37,075 bases of DNA from a candidate division WOR-3 bacterium. GTDB taxonomy: Bacteria > Hydrothermota > Hydrothermia > JBDRYB01. Below are positions 6,185-15,956 of this stretch, in pieces. Each line of letters begins with the position of its first letter. Within the stretch, counting starts at the first letter, position 1. The position numbers and the translations under genes are program-made. The stretch covers positions 1 through 37,075 of the forward strand of contig JBMFOM010000008.1 of NCBI GenBank assembly GCA_049969615.1, given 5' to 3'. The notes under the pieces are model-generated. The model saw nothing but the letters and a program-made list of their open reading frames with translations. It searched no databases and was not told where the DNA came from.

Positions 6185-8662
6185 ATGCCGGAAATAACCA
6201 TTGACCACCGGGTGGTGGCTTTTAACGAGGGGGAAACCATATTGGAGGTGGCCTGGCGAGAGGGGATCAGGGTCCCGGTGTTCTGTTATCACCCGAAGCT
6301 GAAGCCGGAGGCCTCGTGCCGGATGTGTCTGGTTGAGGTGGAGCAAAACGGGCGAAAATCCCTCGTTCCTGCTTGCGCGACCATGGCCGCAGAGGGCATG
6401 AAGGTGATGACGGACACCCCTGAGGTTAGGGAGAACATCAGGGCCAGGACCCTTGAGTTTCTCCTCGCCAACCACCCTACTGAATGTCCGGTCTGCGACG
6501 CGGGCGGGGAATGCGACCTGCAATCCCTAGCCTTCGCAATGGGCGGGGCAAAAACCTTATACGAGTTTCCAAAGCGAGAACAGCCCTACTTCAAGGTCGG
6601 CCCGTTTCTCCGGTTGTATCCGAACCGCTGTGTCAACTGCACGAGGTGCGTGAGGCTATATCAGGAAGTCTTCGGAGAATACGATTGGGACCGTTGGGAG
6701 CGCGGCTGGGAGATAACGGTTGGGCCCGGAAGGGACAAGCTCCTTGATTCCGAGTTCGCAGGGAACCTGGTTGATGTCTGCCCCCTGGGAGCCATAACCT
6801 CTGGGGATTACGCGTTCTCATCCCGGCCTTGGGAAAACTCCGTGACCCCATCTGTAAGCCCGGAGGATTCGCTTGCCACGCCCGTGAACCTAATAACCAG
6901 AAAAAGAGGCGCTGAGACCAGGGGCCCCTTTGTCTCCGGGGGCAGGAGACAGGACCTTCACCGCGTTCTCCGGATAACCGGCGCCGAGGCAGAGGGCTAC
7001 CCCGGATGGATATCCGACAGGGACAGGTTCTCCCACGAATACCTGAACAAAAACCGCCTTGAGAAGGCTTTTGCCAGGCAGGGTGGCGAACTGGTCAACC
7101 TGCCAACTCAAGAGGCTTTGGACCTTATGTTCAGGATGGTCAAGGAGACCTGGCGCAAAAGCCCATACAGGATTGCTGTGCTGTCTGGCGCCCGCGGCTC
7201 CAACGAGGCCGCTTATTTAGCGGTGAGGTTCTTCAGGGAGGTCTTTGAGGTCAAATCAATGGACTTCAGGGCGCCCTGGCACGCGTTCAGCCCGGAACCA
7301 GTTCAGGAGGCCCTCGGATGCTCGGGGAGCAATCGTTCCCTTGATTCCCTGAGGGATGCTGACCTCATCCTGGTTTTTGGCGAAGAGATAGGCGAACGCC
7401 ATCCCCTGTTCGCTCTTTATCTTTCGGAGGCCGAAAGGGCCGGCGCGCGGGTCATCGTAGCATCCCCTTGGAGGGACAAATATGCCAAGCGCTGGGAACA
7501 CTTAGCCTATCATCCGGTTGACGAGGAGGCAACTGCCCGGTCAATCCTCTCCGGAATTGCCTCTTTCAGGGGACTGAGGGTTGAAGGCCTAGAGGCTGAG
7601 CCCAATCCTTTGGGCGAAGCGCTCGCCAAAGCAAAGGATCCGGTCATTGTGTTCCCGGACGACCTGTCTCGTGATGCGCAAAGGGCGCTCTCTTATGCCG
7701 CAGGGCTTCTGGACGCTGGCCTGGTTCTCCTGAGAACCCAACCGAACGGCCAGGGTTTCTATGACATGGGTTTCGTTCCCGTTGATGACAACGACACCAA
7801 CAAGATCCTCAGCCGGGCCGCGGCGGGCGAGATTGACCTCCTGGTTCTGTGGGACCTGGACCCTCTCTTGGAGTGGCCGGATAGGGAGCTCTGTGAAAAG
7901 GCCCTGAAAAACGCCGGATTGATAATCTGGCTGGGCAGTTTCGCAGATGATCCTTCCCTCGCTTACGCTGACCTCGCCATTCCCGTTGTCCTGCCATATG
8001 AGTCATGGGGGTCTCGGACCGCCACTGACGGCAGGGTGGTCTGGCACGAGAGGGCCCTGCCCTGGCCCGGGGAAGCCATACCCGCGGACGTGGTATTTTC
8101 AAAGCTTCTTGAGAAGGCTGGCAAGGGCGGCTACAGGAACATTGGTGATATTACCAGGTCAATAACGGCGCATGTCCGGGCCTACAGTGACCTGACCCTG
8201 CCTCCGGCGGTTAGGGAAAACCCCTTCCCATCGGAATTGCCGAGCCTCGCAAAGTTCAGGGAAAAGAGGCTGTTCGGCCTCGCGAGATACGAGCACGGGG
8301 CAAAGGAAATCACCTTCAAACCAATTGAAAAGCACGAGGGCAAGGGTTTTCTTCTCGTGGCCGCACCATCCCTTTTTAGCTCTTCTTATTACGCTTTCAG
8401 ATGCGAGATCTTTAGGGAATACATGCCAACCGAGAGGATTGAGGTTCACCCCCAGGACGCCCAGAGCCTTGGGCTTTCAGAGGGTGATGGGCTGAGTCTC
8501 TCTCGGAACGGGCACAGTGTCCTCCTTAAGACACACATATCAGGAAGGACTCAACCGGGTGTCCTGAGAGTATCTCCGCTTTTCCTTGACTCTTCGGTTA
8601 ACCTTCTCCTGGGCCGTGGCATGAGGGCCTGGGTAGAAGCCAAGAGGGAGGTAATGAGGTGA
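6185..8662 (+). CDS. nuoG: NADH-quinone oxidoreductase subunit G
   Basis: FCYHPKL...CRMCLVE...PACAT (N1b), NHPTECPVCDAGGECDLQ (N5), RCVNCTRC...DVCPLGA (N4), molybdopterin-oxidoreductase-like body. Start chosen at 6185 from the SD. Confidence 0.93.
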   Translation: MPEITIDHRVVAFNEGETILEVAWREGIRVPVFCYHPKLKPEASCRMCLVEVEQNGRKSLVPACATMAAEGMKVMTDTPEVRENIRARTLEFLLANHPTECPVCDAGGECDLQSLAFAMGGAKTLYEFPKREQPYFKVGPFLRLYPNRCVNCTRCVRLYQEVFGEYDWDRWERGWEITVGPGRDKLLDSEFAGNLVDVCPLGAITSGDYAFSSRPWENSVTPSVSPEDSLATPVNLITRKRGAETRGPFVSGGRRQDLHRVLRITGAEAEGYPGWISDRDRFSHEYLNKNRLEKAFARQGGELVNLPTQEALDLMFRMVKETWRKSPYRIAVLSGARGSNEAAYLAVRFFREVFEVKSMDFRAPWHAFSPEPVQEALGCSGSNRSLDSLRDADLILVFGEEIGERHPLFALYLSEAERAGARVIVASPWRDKYAKRWEHLAYHPVDEEATARSILSGIASFRGLRVEGLEAEPNPLGEALAKAKDPVIVFPDDLSRDAQRALSYAAGLLDAGLVLLRTQPNGQGFYDMGFVPVDDNDTNKILSRAAAGEIDLLVLWDLDPLLEWPDRELCEKALKNAGLIIWLGSFADDPSLAYADLAIPVVLPYESWGSRTATDGRVVWHERALPWPGEAIPADVVFSKLLEKAGKGGYRNIGDITRSITAHVRAYSDLTLPPAVRENPFPSELPSLAKFREKRLFGLARYEHGAKEITFKPIEKHEGKGFLLVAAPSLFSSSYYAFRCEIFREYMPTERIEVHPQDAQSLGLSEGDGLSLSRNGHSVLLKTHISGRTQPGVLRVSPLFLDSSVNLLLGRGMRAWVEAKREVMR

Positions 8663-9630
8663 ACATACCCCCTGAGATCCTCAACTGGATATGGCTCGTT
8701 GTAAAGGTCCTGGTCGTGTTGATCGTTGTCATGGTTGGGTTTGTCATGAACATGGTTTGGGCAGAGAGAAAGGTCTCAGCCTTTATCCAGCAGAGGCGCG
8801 GCCCGAACCGACTCGGACCCATGGGCCTAATCCAGGTCGTTGCTGATATATTGAAGATGGCCTTCAAGGAAGAGGTCATCCCTACAGAGGCTGACAGACT
8901 CATCCACTTCCTCGCTCCGAGCCTCATCTTCACCATGGCCATAACCGCGCTCGCTGTTATACCCTATGACCCTTGGTTCTACATAACGGATGTTGACTTT
9001 GGCGTGCTGTTTATCGTTGCGGCCGCCAGCATGGGCGCATACGCCATCATGCTCGCGGGCTGGGGCACGGGTTCAAAGTATCCCCTCTTTGGTGGAACCA
9101 GATCTGCGGCCCAAGTTATATCATATGAGATACCAATGCTTCTGGCAATAATGTCGGTGGCAGTGATGGCCGAGTCTCTCTCCCTTCAGGATATAGTCAA
9201 GGCACAGTCAAGGCTCTGGTTCTGCCTAACCCAGTTCCCCGCGTTTCTGGTTTATACCATAGCCATGTTCGCGGAGACAAACCGGCTCCCCTTTGACATG
9301 CCGGAGGCCGAGGCAGAGATAGCAACGGGATACATGGCCGAGTTCTCCTCCCTCCGATGGGGTTGGTTCTACGCGGGAGAATACGCCAACATGGTCGTCG
9401 CGTCTTTCGTGATGACATCCTTGTTCCTGGGCGGATGGCAAGGGCCGTTCGCGCCTGGCTGGTGGTGGTTCTTCCTGAAGGCCGCGGCCGTCCTGTTTCT
9501 GATGCTTTGGGTGCGCTGGACATTTCCCCGCGTCAGGTATGACCAGCTCATGGCCCTGGGATGGAAGATACTCATACCAGTTGCCATCCTTAACCTGCTG
9601 GTCACCTCGGCCCTCAAGGTGCTTCTCTAG
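8659..9630 (+). CDS. nuoH: NADH-quinone oxidoreductase subunit H
   Basis: ERKVSAFIQQRRGPN, ETNRLPFDMPEAEAE and PRVRYDQLM motifs. Confidence 0.97.
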   Translation: MNIPPEILNWIWLVVKVLVVLIVVMVGFVMNMVWAERKVSAFIQQRRGPNRLGPMGLIQVVADILKMAFKEEVIPTEADRLIHFLAPSLIFTMAITALAVIPYDPWFYITDVDFGVLFIVAAASMGAYAIMLAGWGTGSKYPLFGGTRSAAQVISYEIPMLLAIMSVAVMAESLSLQDIVKAQSRLWFCLTQFPAFLVYTIAMFAETNRLPFDMPEAEAEIATGYMAEFSSLRWGWFYAGEYANMVVASFVMTSLFLGGWQGPFAPGWWWFFLKAAAVLFLMLWVRWTFPRVRYDQLMALGWKILIPVAILNLLVTSALKVLL

Positions 9631-9639
9631 GAGGATGAG

Positions 9640-10305
9640 ATGATAGTGATACCCCTGATAAAAGGAATGCTTCACACCCTGAGGCGCCTGGTCTTTGGCC
9701 CGACCTTCACGGTTCAGTATCCGAACAGGAAGCGCTGGTTCATCTTCAAGAAGGAGGAGCGCAAGGAAATACCTGAACGCGCCAGGTGGAGGATAGCCCT
9801 GCAGAGGCACGAGGACGGCAAGGAGCGGTGTGTCGCTTGTATGCTCTGCAGTGCGGTTTGTCCATCCGAGGCCATTTACATAGAGGGTGCTGTCAATAAC
9901 CTTGAAAAGCCCATATCCCACGGCGAACGTTTCTCCAGGGTTTGGAACTGGGACATGGGCAGGTGCATATTCTGCGGTTTCTGCGCAGAGGCCTGCCCAG
10001 AGGAGGCCATCATCATGACGGATGACTACGAGCTGGCCAAATACACCAGGGACGAGCTCATCGTATACAAGGCGGACCTACTTGTCCCCGCCGGGACACC
10101 TCCGAGGAGGGTTTGGCTTGGATTTTACAGGGAGCTCCCTCCGGCGACTCCGGTCACGAAACCCCTGGGCGTGCATGTGAGGCACGAGCGATACCTGAGG
10201 CGTGAAAACCCCACCATATACAGGCCCTTCTACGATAGGGCAAAGAGGGTCCATCAGTTCCTGCTTGAGGAACCGGGCTCGCACACCCGGAAGGAGGAAA
10301 AATGA
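9640..10305 (+). CDS. nuoI: NADH-quinone oxidoreductase subunit I
   Basis: Two CxxCxxCxxxCP motifs (CVACMLCSAVCP, CIFCGFCAEACP), TVQYP, operon position. Confidence 0.95.
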   Translation: MIVIPLIKGMLHTLRRLVFGPTFTVQYPNRKRWFIFKKEERKEIPERARWRIALQRHEDGKERCVACMLCSAVCPSEAIYIEGAVNNLEKPISHGERFSRVWNWDMGRCIFCGFCAEACPEEAIIMTDDYELAKYTRDELIVYKADLLVPAGTPPRRVWLGFYRELPPATPVTKPLGVHVRHERYLRRENPTIYRPFYDRAKRVHQFLLEEPGSHTRKEEK

Positions 10306-10796
10306 TCCTGAAAACCATCCTCTTCTTGATTTTCGCCCTGGCCGCGGTGTGGGGGGCGATCTCTGTCGTCATAGCCAAGCACCCCCTTCGGGCCGCGCTG
10401 GGCCTGCTCCTAAACTTCTTCTCAATGGGGGTGATATACATCCTGCTGAACGCTTCCTTCCTCGGCATAGCCCAGATCATCGTCTATGCCGGAGGCATAG
10501 CTGTCTTCATCCTTATGGCGATAAACCTTTTGGGGCTCAACTGGATACCCGGAGACCGGGACCTCACCGCGAGGGGATTCTTTTCCATACTGATAACCCT
10601 CGCGGCCCTGTTCGGCGTCCTGGGCGTTTTGTTCCTTGCCCGGTTCCCGACAAACCCTGTTTCGGATGTAAACGCGGCCGGACTCGGCCAGGTGCTTCTC
10701 GGGCCGATGCTCTTGGCATTTGAGGTGGCCTCGGCTATCCTGGTGATAGGCATAGTTGCCGCAGTCGCGCTCACGCGTAAGGGGAGGGAAGAATGA
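10302..10796 (+). CDS. nuoJ: NADH-quinone oxidoreductase subunit J
   Basis: QIIVYAGGIAVFILM and FEVASAIL motifs; five hydrophobic segments. Confidence 0.93.
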   Translation: MILKTILFLIFALAAVWGAISVVIAKHPLRAALGLLLNFFSMGVIYILLNASFLGIAQIIVYAGGIAVFILMAINLLGLNWIPGDRDLTARGFFSILITLAALFGVLGVLFLARFPTNPVSDVNAAGLGQVLLGPMLLAFEVASAILVIGIVAAVALTRKGREE

Positions 10797-11104
10797 ACCC
10801 GCAGATAACCATAGGACTGGCGATAGTCCTGTTTTTCATAGGGGTATTTGGCGTCCTGTTTCGCAAGAGCGCCATATTCACCCTGATGTCCCTGGAAATA
10901 ACCCTTAACGCGGCGAACCTCGCGCTCGTGGGCGCGTTTACCGCTTGGGGTAGCCCTCTGGCTCAGGCCGCTGTCGCTCTGGTTATGGCCGTTGCCGCGG
11001 CAGAGGTCGCTCTGGGCCTCGCGCTGATAGTGGTCATGGCCAGACACGGTGATACCACCCTTGACGCTTTCTTCGGACTAGCGAGGGAAAAGGAGGAAAG
11101 ATAA
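10793..11104 (+). CDS. nuoK: NADH-quinone oxidoreductase subunit K
   Basis: MSLEITLNAANL and AVAAAEVALGLA motifs. Confidence 0.95.
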   Translation: MNPQITIGLAIVLFFIGVFGVLFRKSAIFTLMSLEITLNAANLALVGAFTAWGSPLAQAAVALVMAVAAAEVALGLALIVVMARHGDTTLDAFFGLAREKEER

Positions 11105-11105
11105 A

Positions 11106-12965
11106 ATGGCAATAATCCTTCTTGTGCTTCTCCTGACTCCCCTTCTGGGCGCTATCATAAACGGCTTCCTGGGGACATGGTTCAGGAACAAGGCTCACTG
11201 GGTAGCGGTGCCCGCGCTGGGCATATCCTTCCTGCTGGCTTGCTATATCCTCTGGCAGATGATGGTGGGGGGAACGCCGCCCCAGGAGTTCACATTCTTC
11301 ACCTGGCTACCGACCGGCGGCCTGAACATCCCCTTTGGTTTCTATCTTGACCAGCTCTCCGCGGTCATGGCCTTCACCGTCACCTCGGTATCCTTCTTCG
11401 TTCACTTCTACTCAACCGGCTACATGAAGGGAGACCCCGGATACAGGCGTTTCTTCACCTATCTCAACCTCTTCGTCTTCTTCATGCTCCTTTTGGTCCT
11501 TTCCTCTTCCTATTTGCTGATGTTCGTGGGCTGGGAAGGGGTCGGCCTGTGTTCCTACCTTCTCATAGGCTTCTGGTATGAGAAGAAGAGCGCGGCTGAG
11601 GCCGGAAAAAAGGCCTTCATAGTCAACAGGATAGGGGACGCTGGGTTCTTGCTGGGCATGTTCCTCCTGTTCACGGCATTCCGGACCCTGCGTTTTACCG
11701 AGCTGTTCCCCCTCATTCACGAATCCCATGCGGCCACAGGAATCCTCCTGGCCGCGGCCTTGCTTCTGTTTCTCGGCGCGGTGGGCAAATCAGCGCAGTT
11801 TCCCCTTTATGTGTGGCTTCCGGACGCGATGGAGGGCCCTACGCCCGTCTCAGCGCTTATACACGCCGCTACCATGGTAACAGCTGGCGTCTATATGGTC
11901 GCCAGGTCATCCGCGCTTTACTCCGCGGCCCCTCTGGCAGGATACATAGTGGCTGGCGTGGGCGCAATAACCGCCATATTCGCTGCTTCCATGGCCCTAG
12001 TCAACAACGACATAAAGCGGATACTGGCGTATTCAACGGTTTCCCAGCTTGGATATATGTTCGTTGCTGTTGGCCTAGGGGCTTATGCCGCGGGCATATT
12101 CCACCTTTTTACCCACGCGTTCTTCAAGGGCCTTCTGTTCTTAGCCGCTGGCTCTGTGATGCACGCGGCTGGCGGTGAGCTTGACATCCGGAGGATGGGC
12201 GGCCTCGCCAGGAAAGCCCCGCAGACCGCCGCGCTCTTCATAATCGGTTCCCTCGCGCTCGCGGGCATTCCGCCCCTCGCTGGGTTCTTCTCAAAGGACG
12301 AGATACTGCACGTCGCGGCCGCATCCGGCCACACATGGATATGGATATTGGGCACGATAACCGCTTTCATGACCGCGTTCTATATGTTCAGGGCGGTATT
12401 CCTTGTGTTCGCTGGAAAGCCGAGAGATGAGCACGCTCACGAATCGCCCTGGACAATGACCGTTCCCATGTGGTTCCTGGCCCTGGGCGCGGTCGCGGCT
12501 GGCTGGGTCGGGCCCCTGTATCACTCATTTGTGGCGCCGGTTTTCTCCGGCGCTCATCCGGCTCATGCTGTTGAGGTCAACGCGACCACCCTGATAATCA
12601 TCTCGGTCTCCGTGGCAGCCCTGGGCATCCTGGTGGCCGGTTTCATGTATTGGATACCCGGATTCAGGAACCGGATCCTCGGCCTAATAACGAGACCGAT
12701 ATACACCATCCTCTACAGAAAATACTGGGTTGACGAGATATACGACTGGATCATCGTGAAACCCCTCTACTACATATCCCTCTATCCCCTCTACAAGGGT
12801 CTTGATACCTACACCATAGACAGGGGCCTGGTTGACGGGACAGGCTGGCTGGCCAGGGCCGGCGGCAAGCTCGCCAGGGCCCTCCAGCGTGGCAATACCA
12901 GGACATATGCCCTGTTGATGCTCGCGGGCCTGGTCCTGATATTCTACCTGATCCTGCTTAAATAG
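11106..12965 (+). CDS. nuoL: NADH-quinone oxidoreductase subunit L
   Basis: GWEGVGLCSYLLIGFW, GKSAQFPLYVWLPDAMEGPTPVSALIHAATMV, HAFFKGLLFL. Confidence 0.97.
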   Translation: MAIILLVLLLTPLLGAIINGFLGTWFRNKAHWVAVPALGISFLLACYILWQMMVGGTPPQEFTFFTWLPTGGLNIPFGFYLDQLSAVMAFTVTSVSFFVHFYSTGYMKGDPGYRRFFTYLNLFVFFMLLLVLSSSYLLMFVGWEGVGLCSYLLIGFWYEKKSAAEAGKKAFIVNRIGDAGFLLGMFLLFTAFRTLRFTELFPLIHESHAATGILLAAALLLFLGAVGKSAQFPLYVWLPDAMEGPTPVSALIHAATMVTAGVYMVARSSALYSAAPLAGYIVAGVGAITAIFAASMALVNNDIKRILAYSTVSQLGYMFVAVGLGAYAAGIFHLFTHAFFKGLLFLAAGSVMHAAGGELDIRRMGGLARKAPQTAALFIIGSLALAGIPPLAGFFSKDEILHVAAASGHTWIWILGTITAFMTAFYMFRAVFLVFAGKPRDEHAHESPWTMTVPMWFLALGAVAAGWVGPLYHSFVAPVFSGAHPAHAVEVNATTLIIISVSVAALGILVAGFMYWIPGFRNRILGLITRPIYTILYRKYWVDEIYDWIIVKPLYYISLYPLYKGLDTYTIDRGLVDGTGWLARAGGKLARALQRGNTRTYALLMLAGLVLIFYLILLK

Positions 12966-12976
12966 GAGGCAAAAAA

Positions 12977-14548
12977 ATGGCTTTGTTGACCGCTGTAATC
13001 CTCTTTCCCCTGGCCATGACCCTTCCGGTGTTCTTCATGCCGGAGAGGGCGCGTAAAACCCTCTGGGTCTATGCCATTGTGGTGTCTGGCCTAGAGTTTC
13101 TCCTGTCGCTCGGCCTCCTTTGGTGGTTTGACATAGCACGGGCCGCGGAGTTTCAGTTCCACGGAAAGTTTTACTGGCTTCCCGCCATAAACTCCTATTT
13201 CCAGATTGGCATAGATGGCATGTCCCTGCTTCTGGTCCTGCTAACCACCTTCCTGACATTCCTGGGCTTTCTATCCTCCATCAGATACATAGAGACAAAG
13301 CGCAAGGAATATATCATCTCAATGCTGGTAATGGAGGCCGCCATGGTGGGCGTTTTTTCCGCTCTGGACACCCTTCTGTTCTTCGTGTTCTGGGAGGCTA
13401 TGCTCATCCCCATGTATTTCCTCATAGGGGTTTGGGGACACGAGAACAGGCTCTACGCCGCGTTCAAGTTCATCCTTTACACCATGGCCGGCTCGGTCCT
13501 TCTCCTTTCAGCCATAATCTGGCTCTACATCCAGTTCGGGACCTTTGATCTCATCGCGTTAACCCAGGCGACCAGGGGACTCCCTCTCTCAGCGCAGGAG
13601 ATACTCTTTTTGGCCATGACCACCGCGTTCGCGATAAAGGTTCCCCTTTTTCCCTTCCATACATGGCTTCCTCACGCGCACGCGGAGGCACCGACCGCTG
13701 GTTCGGTTCTTCTTGCCGGCGTCCTGCTGAAGATGGGGGTCTATGGACTCTTGCGGTTCTCGTTCCCCATGTTCCCCGAAGCCGCGAGGGTTTTCGCACC
13801 CTGGCTCGCGATACTCGCGCTCATTGGGATAACCTATGGCGCGCTGATGACTTGGGTCCAGACCGACCTGAAACGGCTCATAGCATACTCATCGGTTGCA
13901 CACCTGGGCTTCATCGTGCTGGGCGCCGCATCGGCCAACCAGTGGGGCCTGCAGGGCGCGATGATCCAGATGGTGAACCACGGGCTTTCAACAGGAGGCC
14001 TGTTCTTCATAGCTGGAATGCTCTATGAGCGCAGGCACACCCGAGACCTCGCGGCCTTCGGCGGCCTCGCAAAGGCCGTTCCCAGGCTCTCGGTTCTCTT
14101 CGGTATAATCATGCTCTCCTCGGTTGGCCTGCCAGGCCTGAACGGCTTTGTTGGCGAGTTCCTGGCCTTGGCGGGCGCGTTCCGGTCAAACATCGTCTGG
14201 GCCGTTGTGGGCGTAGTCGGGATAATCTTGGCCGCTGTTTATCTCCTGACTATGTTTCAGAAGGTCGTGTTCTCAAAGCTGGAAAAGGACGAGAACGCCA
14301 AGATGCGCGACCTATCCATACGGGAGGTCCTGGTGCTGGCTCCCCTCATCATTTTCATCCTCTGGATAGGCATCTATCCGCAGACATTCCTTAGATACAC
14401 GGAACCCGTCTCTGCTAGTATAGTCCAGGTGGTTAGCCCGCAATCCCCTACAGGTGCCATTGAAGAACCTTCACAAAACCCCATGTTATCAAACGAATCC
14501 CCCTCAGGTGGGATTTCTGGGCCTAAAGAGGAGGTGAGCCATGAGTGA
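12977..14548 (+). CDS. nuoM: NADH-quinone oxidoreductase subunit M
   Basis: FWEAMLIPMYFLIGVWG, KVPLFPFHTWLPHAH, GLPGLNGFVGEF. Confidence 0.97.
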   Translation: MALLTAVILFPLAMTLPVFFMPERARKTLWVYAIVVSGLEFLLSLGLLWWFDIARAAEFQFHGKFYWLPAINSYFQIGIDGMSLLLVLLTTFLTFLGFLSSIRYIETKRKEYIISMLVMEAAMVGVFSALDTLLFFVFWEAMLIPMYFLIGVWGHENRLYAAFKFILYTMAGSVLLLSAIIWLYIQFGTFDLIALTQATRGLPLSAQEILFLAMTTAFAIKVPLFPFHTWLPHAHAEAPTAGSVLLAGVLLKMGVYGLLRFSFPMFPEAARVFAPWLAILALIGITYGALMTWVQTDLKRLIAYSSVAHLGFIVLGAASANQWGLQGAMIQMVNHGLSTGGLFFIAGMLYERRHTRDLAAFGGLAKAVPRLSVLFGIIMLSSVGLPGLNGFVGEFLALAGAFRSNIVWAVVGVVGIILAAVYLLTMFQKVVFSKLEKDENAKMRDLSIREVLVLAPLIIFILWIGIYPQTFLRYTEPVSASIVQVVSPQSPTGAIEEPSQNPMLSNESPSGGISGPKEEVSHE

Positions 14549-15938
14549 TCTCTATCTGGTAATTCCCGAGCTCGGACTCGCTGGGTTCGCCCTGGCCTAT
14601 CTGATCATCGGCCTGGTCATAAAACGCTGGCGCTGGCTACTGGGCATCTTCACCCTCGCTGGCCTCGCCGGGCTTTTCTGCGTTAGCCTTGCCTGGTTGA
14701 CTGTTTCCGGGACTGCGTTCGGAATGCTCCTGGTGTCCCCGTTCGGCAGGCTACTTGATCTGGTTTTCGCGGTTGCCGCGGCGCTTTCCCTTCTCATATA
14801 CCTGGATATGAAAGACCTTCCATACGAGGGTGGGTTTTTCCTCCTGACCGGGACCCTGGGGGCAATACTCCTTGCGAAGTGCATTGACTTCGTCATGCTG
14901 TTCCTCGCGCTGGAGACCCTCTCGTTCTCACTTTACGCTATGGTCGGTCTCAGGGGCATGAGGCGGGACGCGGAGGCCGGGATAAAGTATTTCGTCCTGG
15001 GCGGTTTCAGCTCCGCGTTTTTGCTCATGGGAATAGCACTTCTCTACGCCGTTACCGGAAGTTTCGCGTTCTCAACGGTCGCAACGGCAATTGTCATGCC
15101 CGGATACAACATAGGCCTTTTGGTGGCGGCCCTCTCCTTCATAGGCATAGGGTTGCTATTCAAGGCATCCGCAGTTCCCTTCCACTTCTGGACTCCGGAT
15201 GTTTTTGAGGGGGCCGCGGCGCCTGTCGCTAGCTACATAGCTACCGCGTCCAAGGTCGCGGCGTTCGGGCTTTTGCTTTTGGTCTTCAACATAGCCTTCC
15301 CCACCAACCCCGATCTCTGGTGGGGACTCCTCTGGTATGCCTCGGTTCTCACGATGTTCGTGGGCAACACCGCGGCGCTTTTGGAGAAGAGCATAAAGAG
15401 GATGCTGGCGTATTCAGCCATCGCGCACGCTGGATACCTCTTCATTCCGGTTATAGCTGGAGGGCCATGGTCAAGCTCAACCATAGTCCTATACGCGTTG
15501 GTCTATACCTTGATGACAGGCGGCGCTTTTGCCGTGGTCGCTGTTGTCGGAGACGAGCGTTCGTCCCTTGATTCTTACAAGGGCCTTGCCAGGACGAGAC
15601 CCGCTCTTGCTTTTCTGCTGACTGTTTTTCTCCTGTCCCTGGCGGGCATCCCGCCCCTCGCGGGGTTCATCGCCAAGTTCTACCTCTTCACGGAGGCGTT
15701 CCGCTCCGGCCTTACCTCCTTGGCAATAATAGGTCTGATCAACGGGGTCATATCCGCCTACTACTACCTGCGCGTCGTCGTCCACATGTATATGATGGAG
15801 CCGGAAGGAGAAACGGAGACACCCAAACTGAGAAAGAGGCTCTGGACAGCCATAGCCATAGCCATAGCCGCCGCGGCCACGGTTTATCTGGGCTTCTTTC
15901 CCGGCCCACTCGTTGATTTCATAAAGGCTCTTCTGTAA
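14541..15938 (+). CDS. nuoN: NADH-quinone oxidoreductase subunit N
   Basis: EAGIKYFVLG, FKASAVPFHFWTPDV, KRMLAYSAIAHAGY, SAYYYLRVV. Confidence 0.96.
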   Translation: MSDLYLVIPELGLAGFALAYLIIGLVIKRWRWLLGIFTLAGLAGLFCVSLAWLTVSGTAFGMLLVSPFGRLLDLVFAVAAALSLLIYLDMKDLPYEGGFFLLTGTLGAILLAKCIDFVMLFLALETLSFSLYAMVGLRGMRRDAEAGIKYFVLGGFSSAFLLMGIALLYAVTGSFAFSTVATAIVMPGYNIGLLVAALSFIGIGLLFKASAVPFHFWTPDVFEGAAAPVASYIATASKVAAFGLLLLVFNIAFPTNPDLWWGLLWYASVLTMFVGNTAALLEKSIKRMLAYSAIAHAGYLFIPVIAGGPWSSSTIVLYALVYTLMTGGAFAVVAVVGDERSSLDSYKGLARTRPALAFLLTVFLLSLAGIPPLAGFIAKFYLFTEAFRSGLTSLAIIGLINGVISAYYYLRVVVHMYMMEPEGETETPKLRKRLWTAIAIAIAAAATVYLGFFPGPLVDFIKALL

Positions 15939-15956
15939 GAGACGGACGCCATTTAT

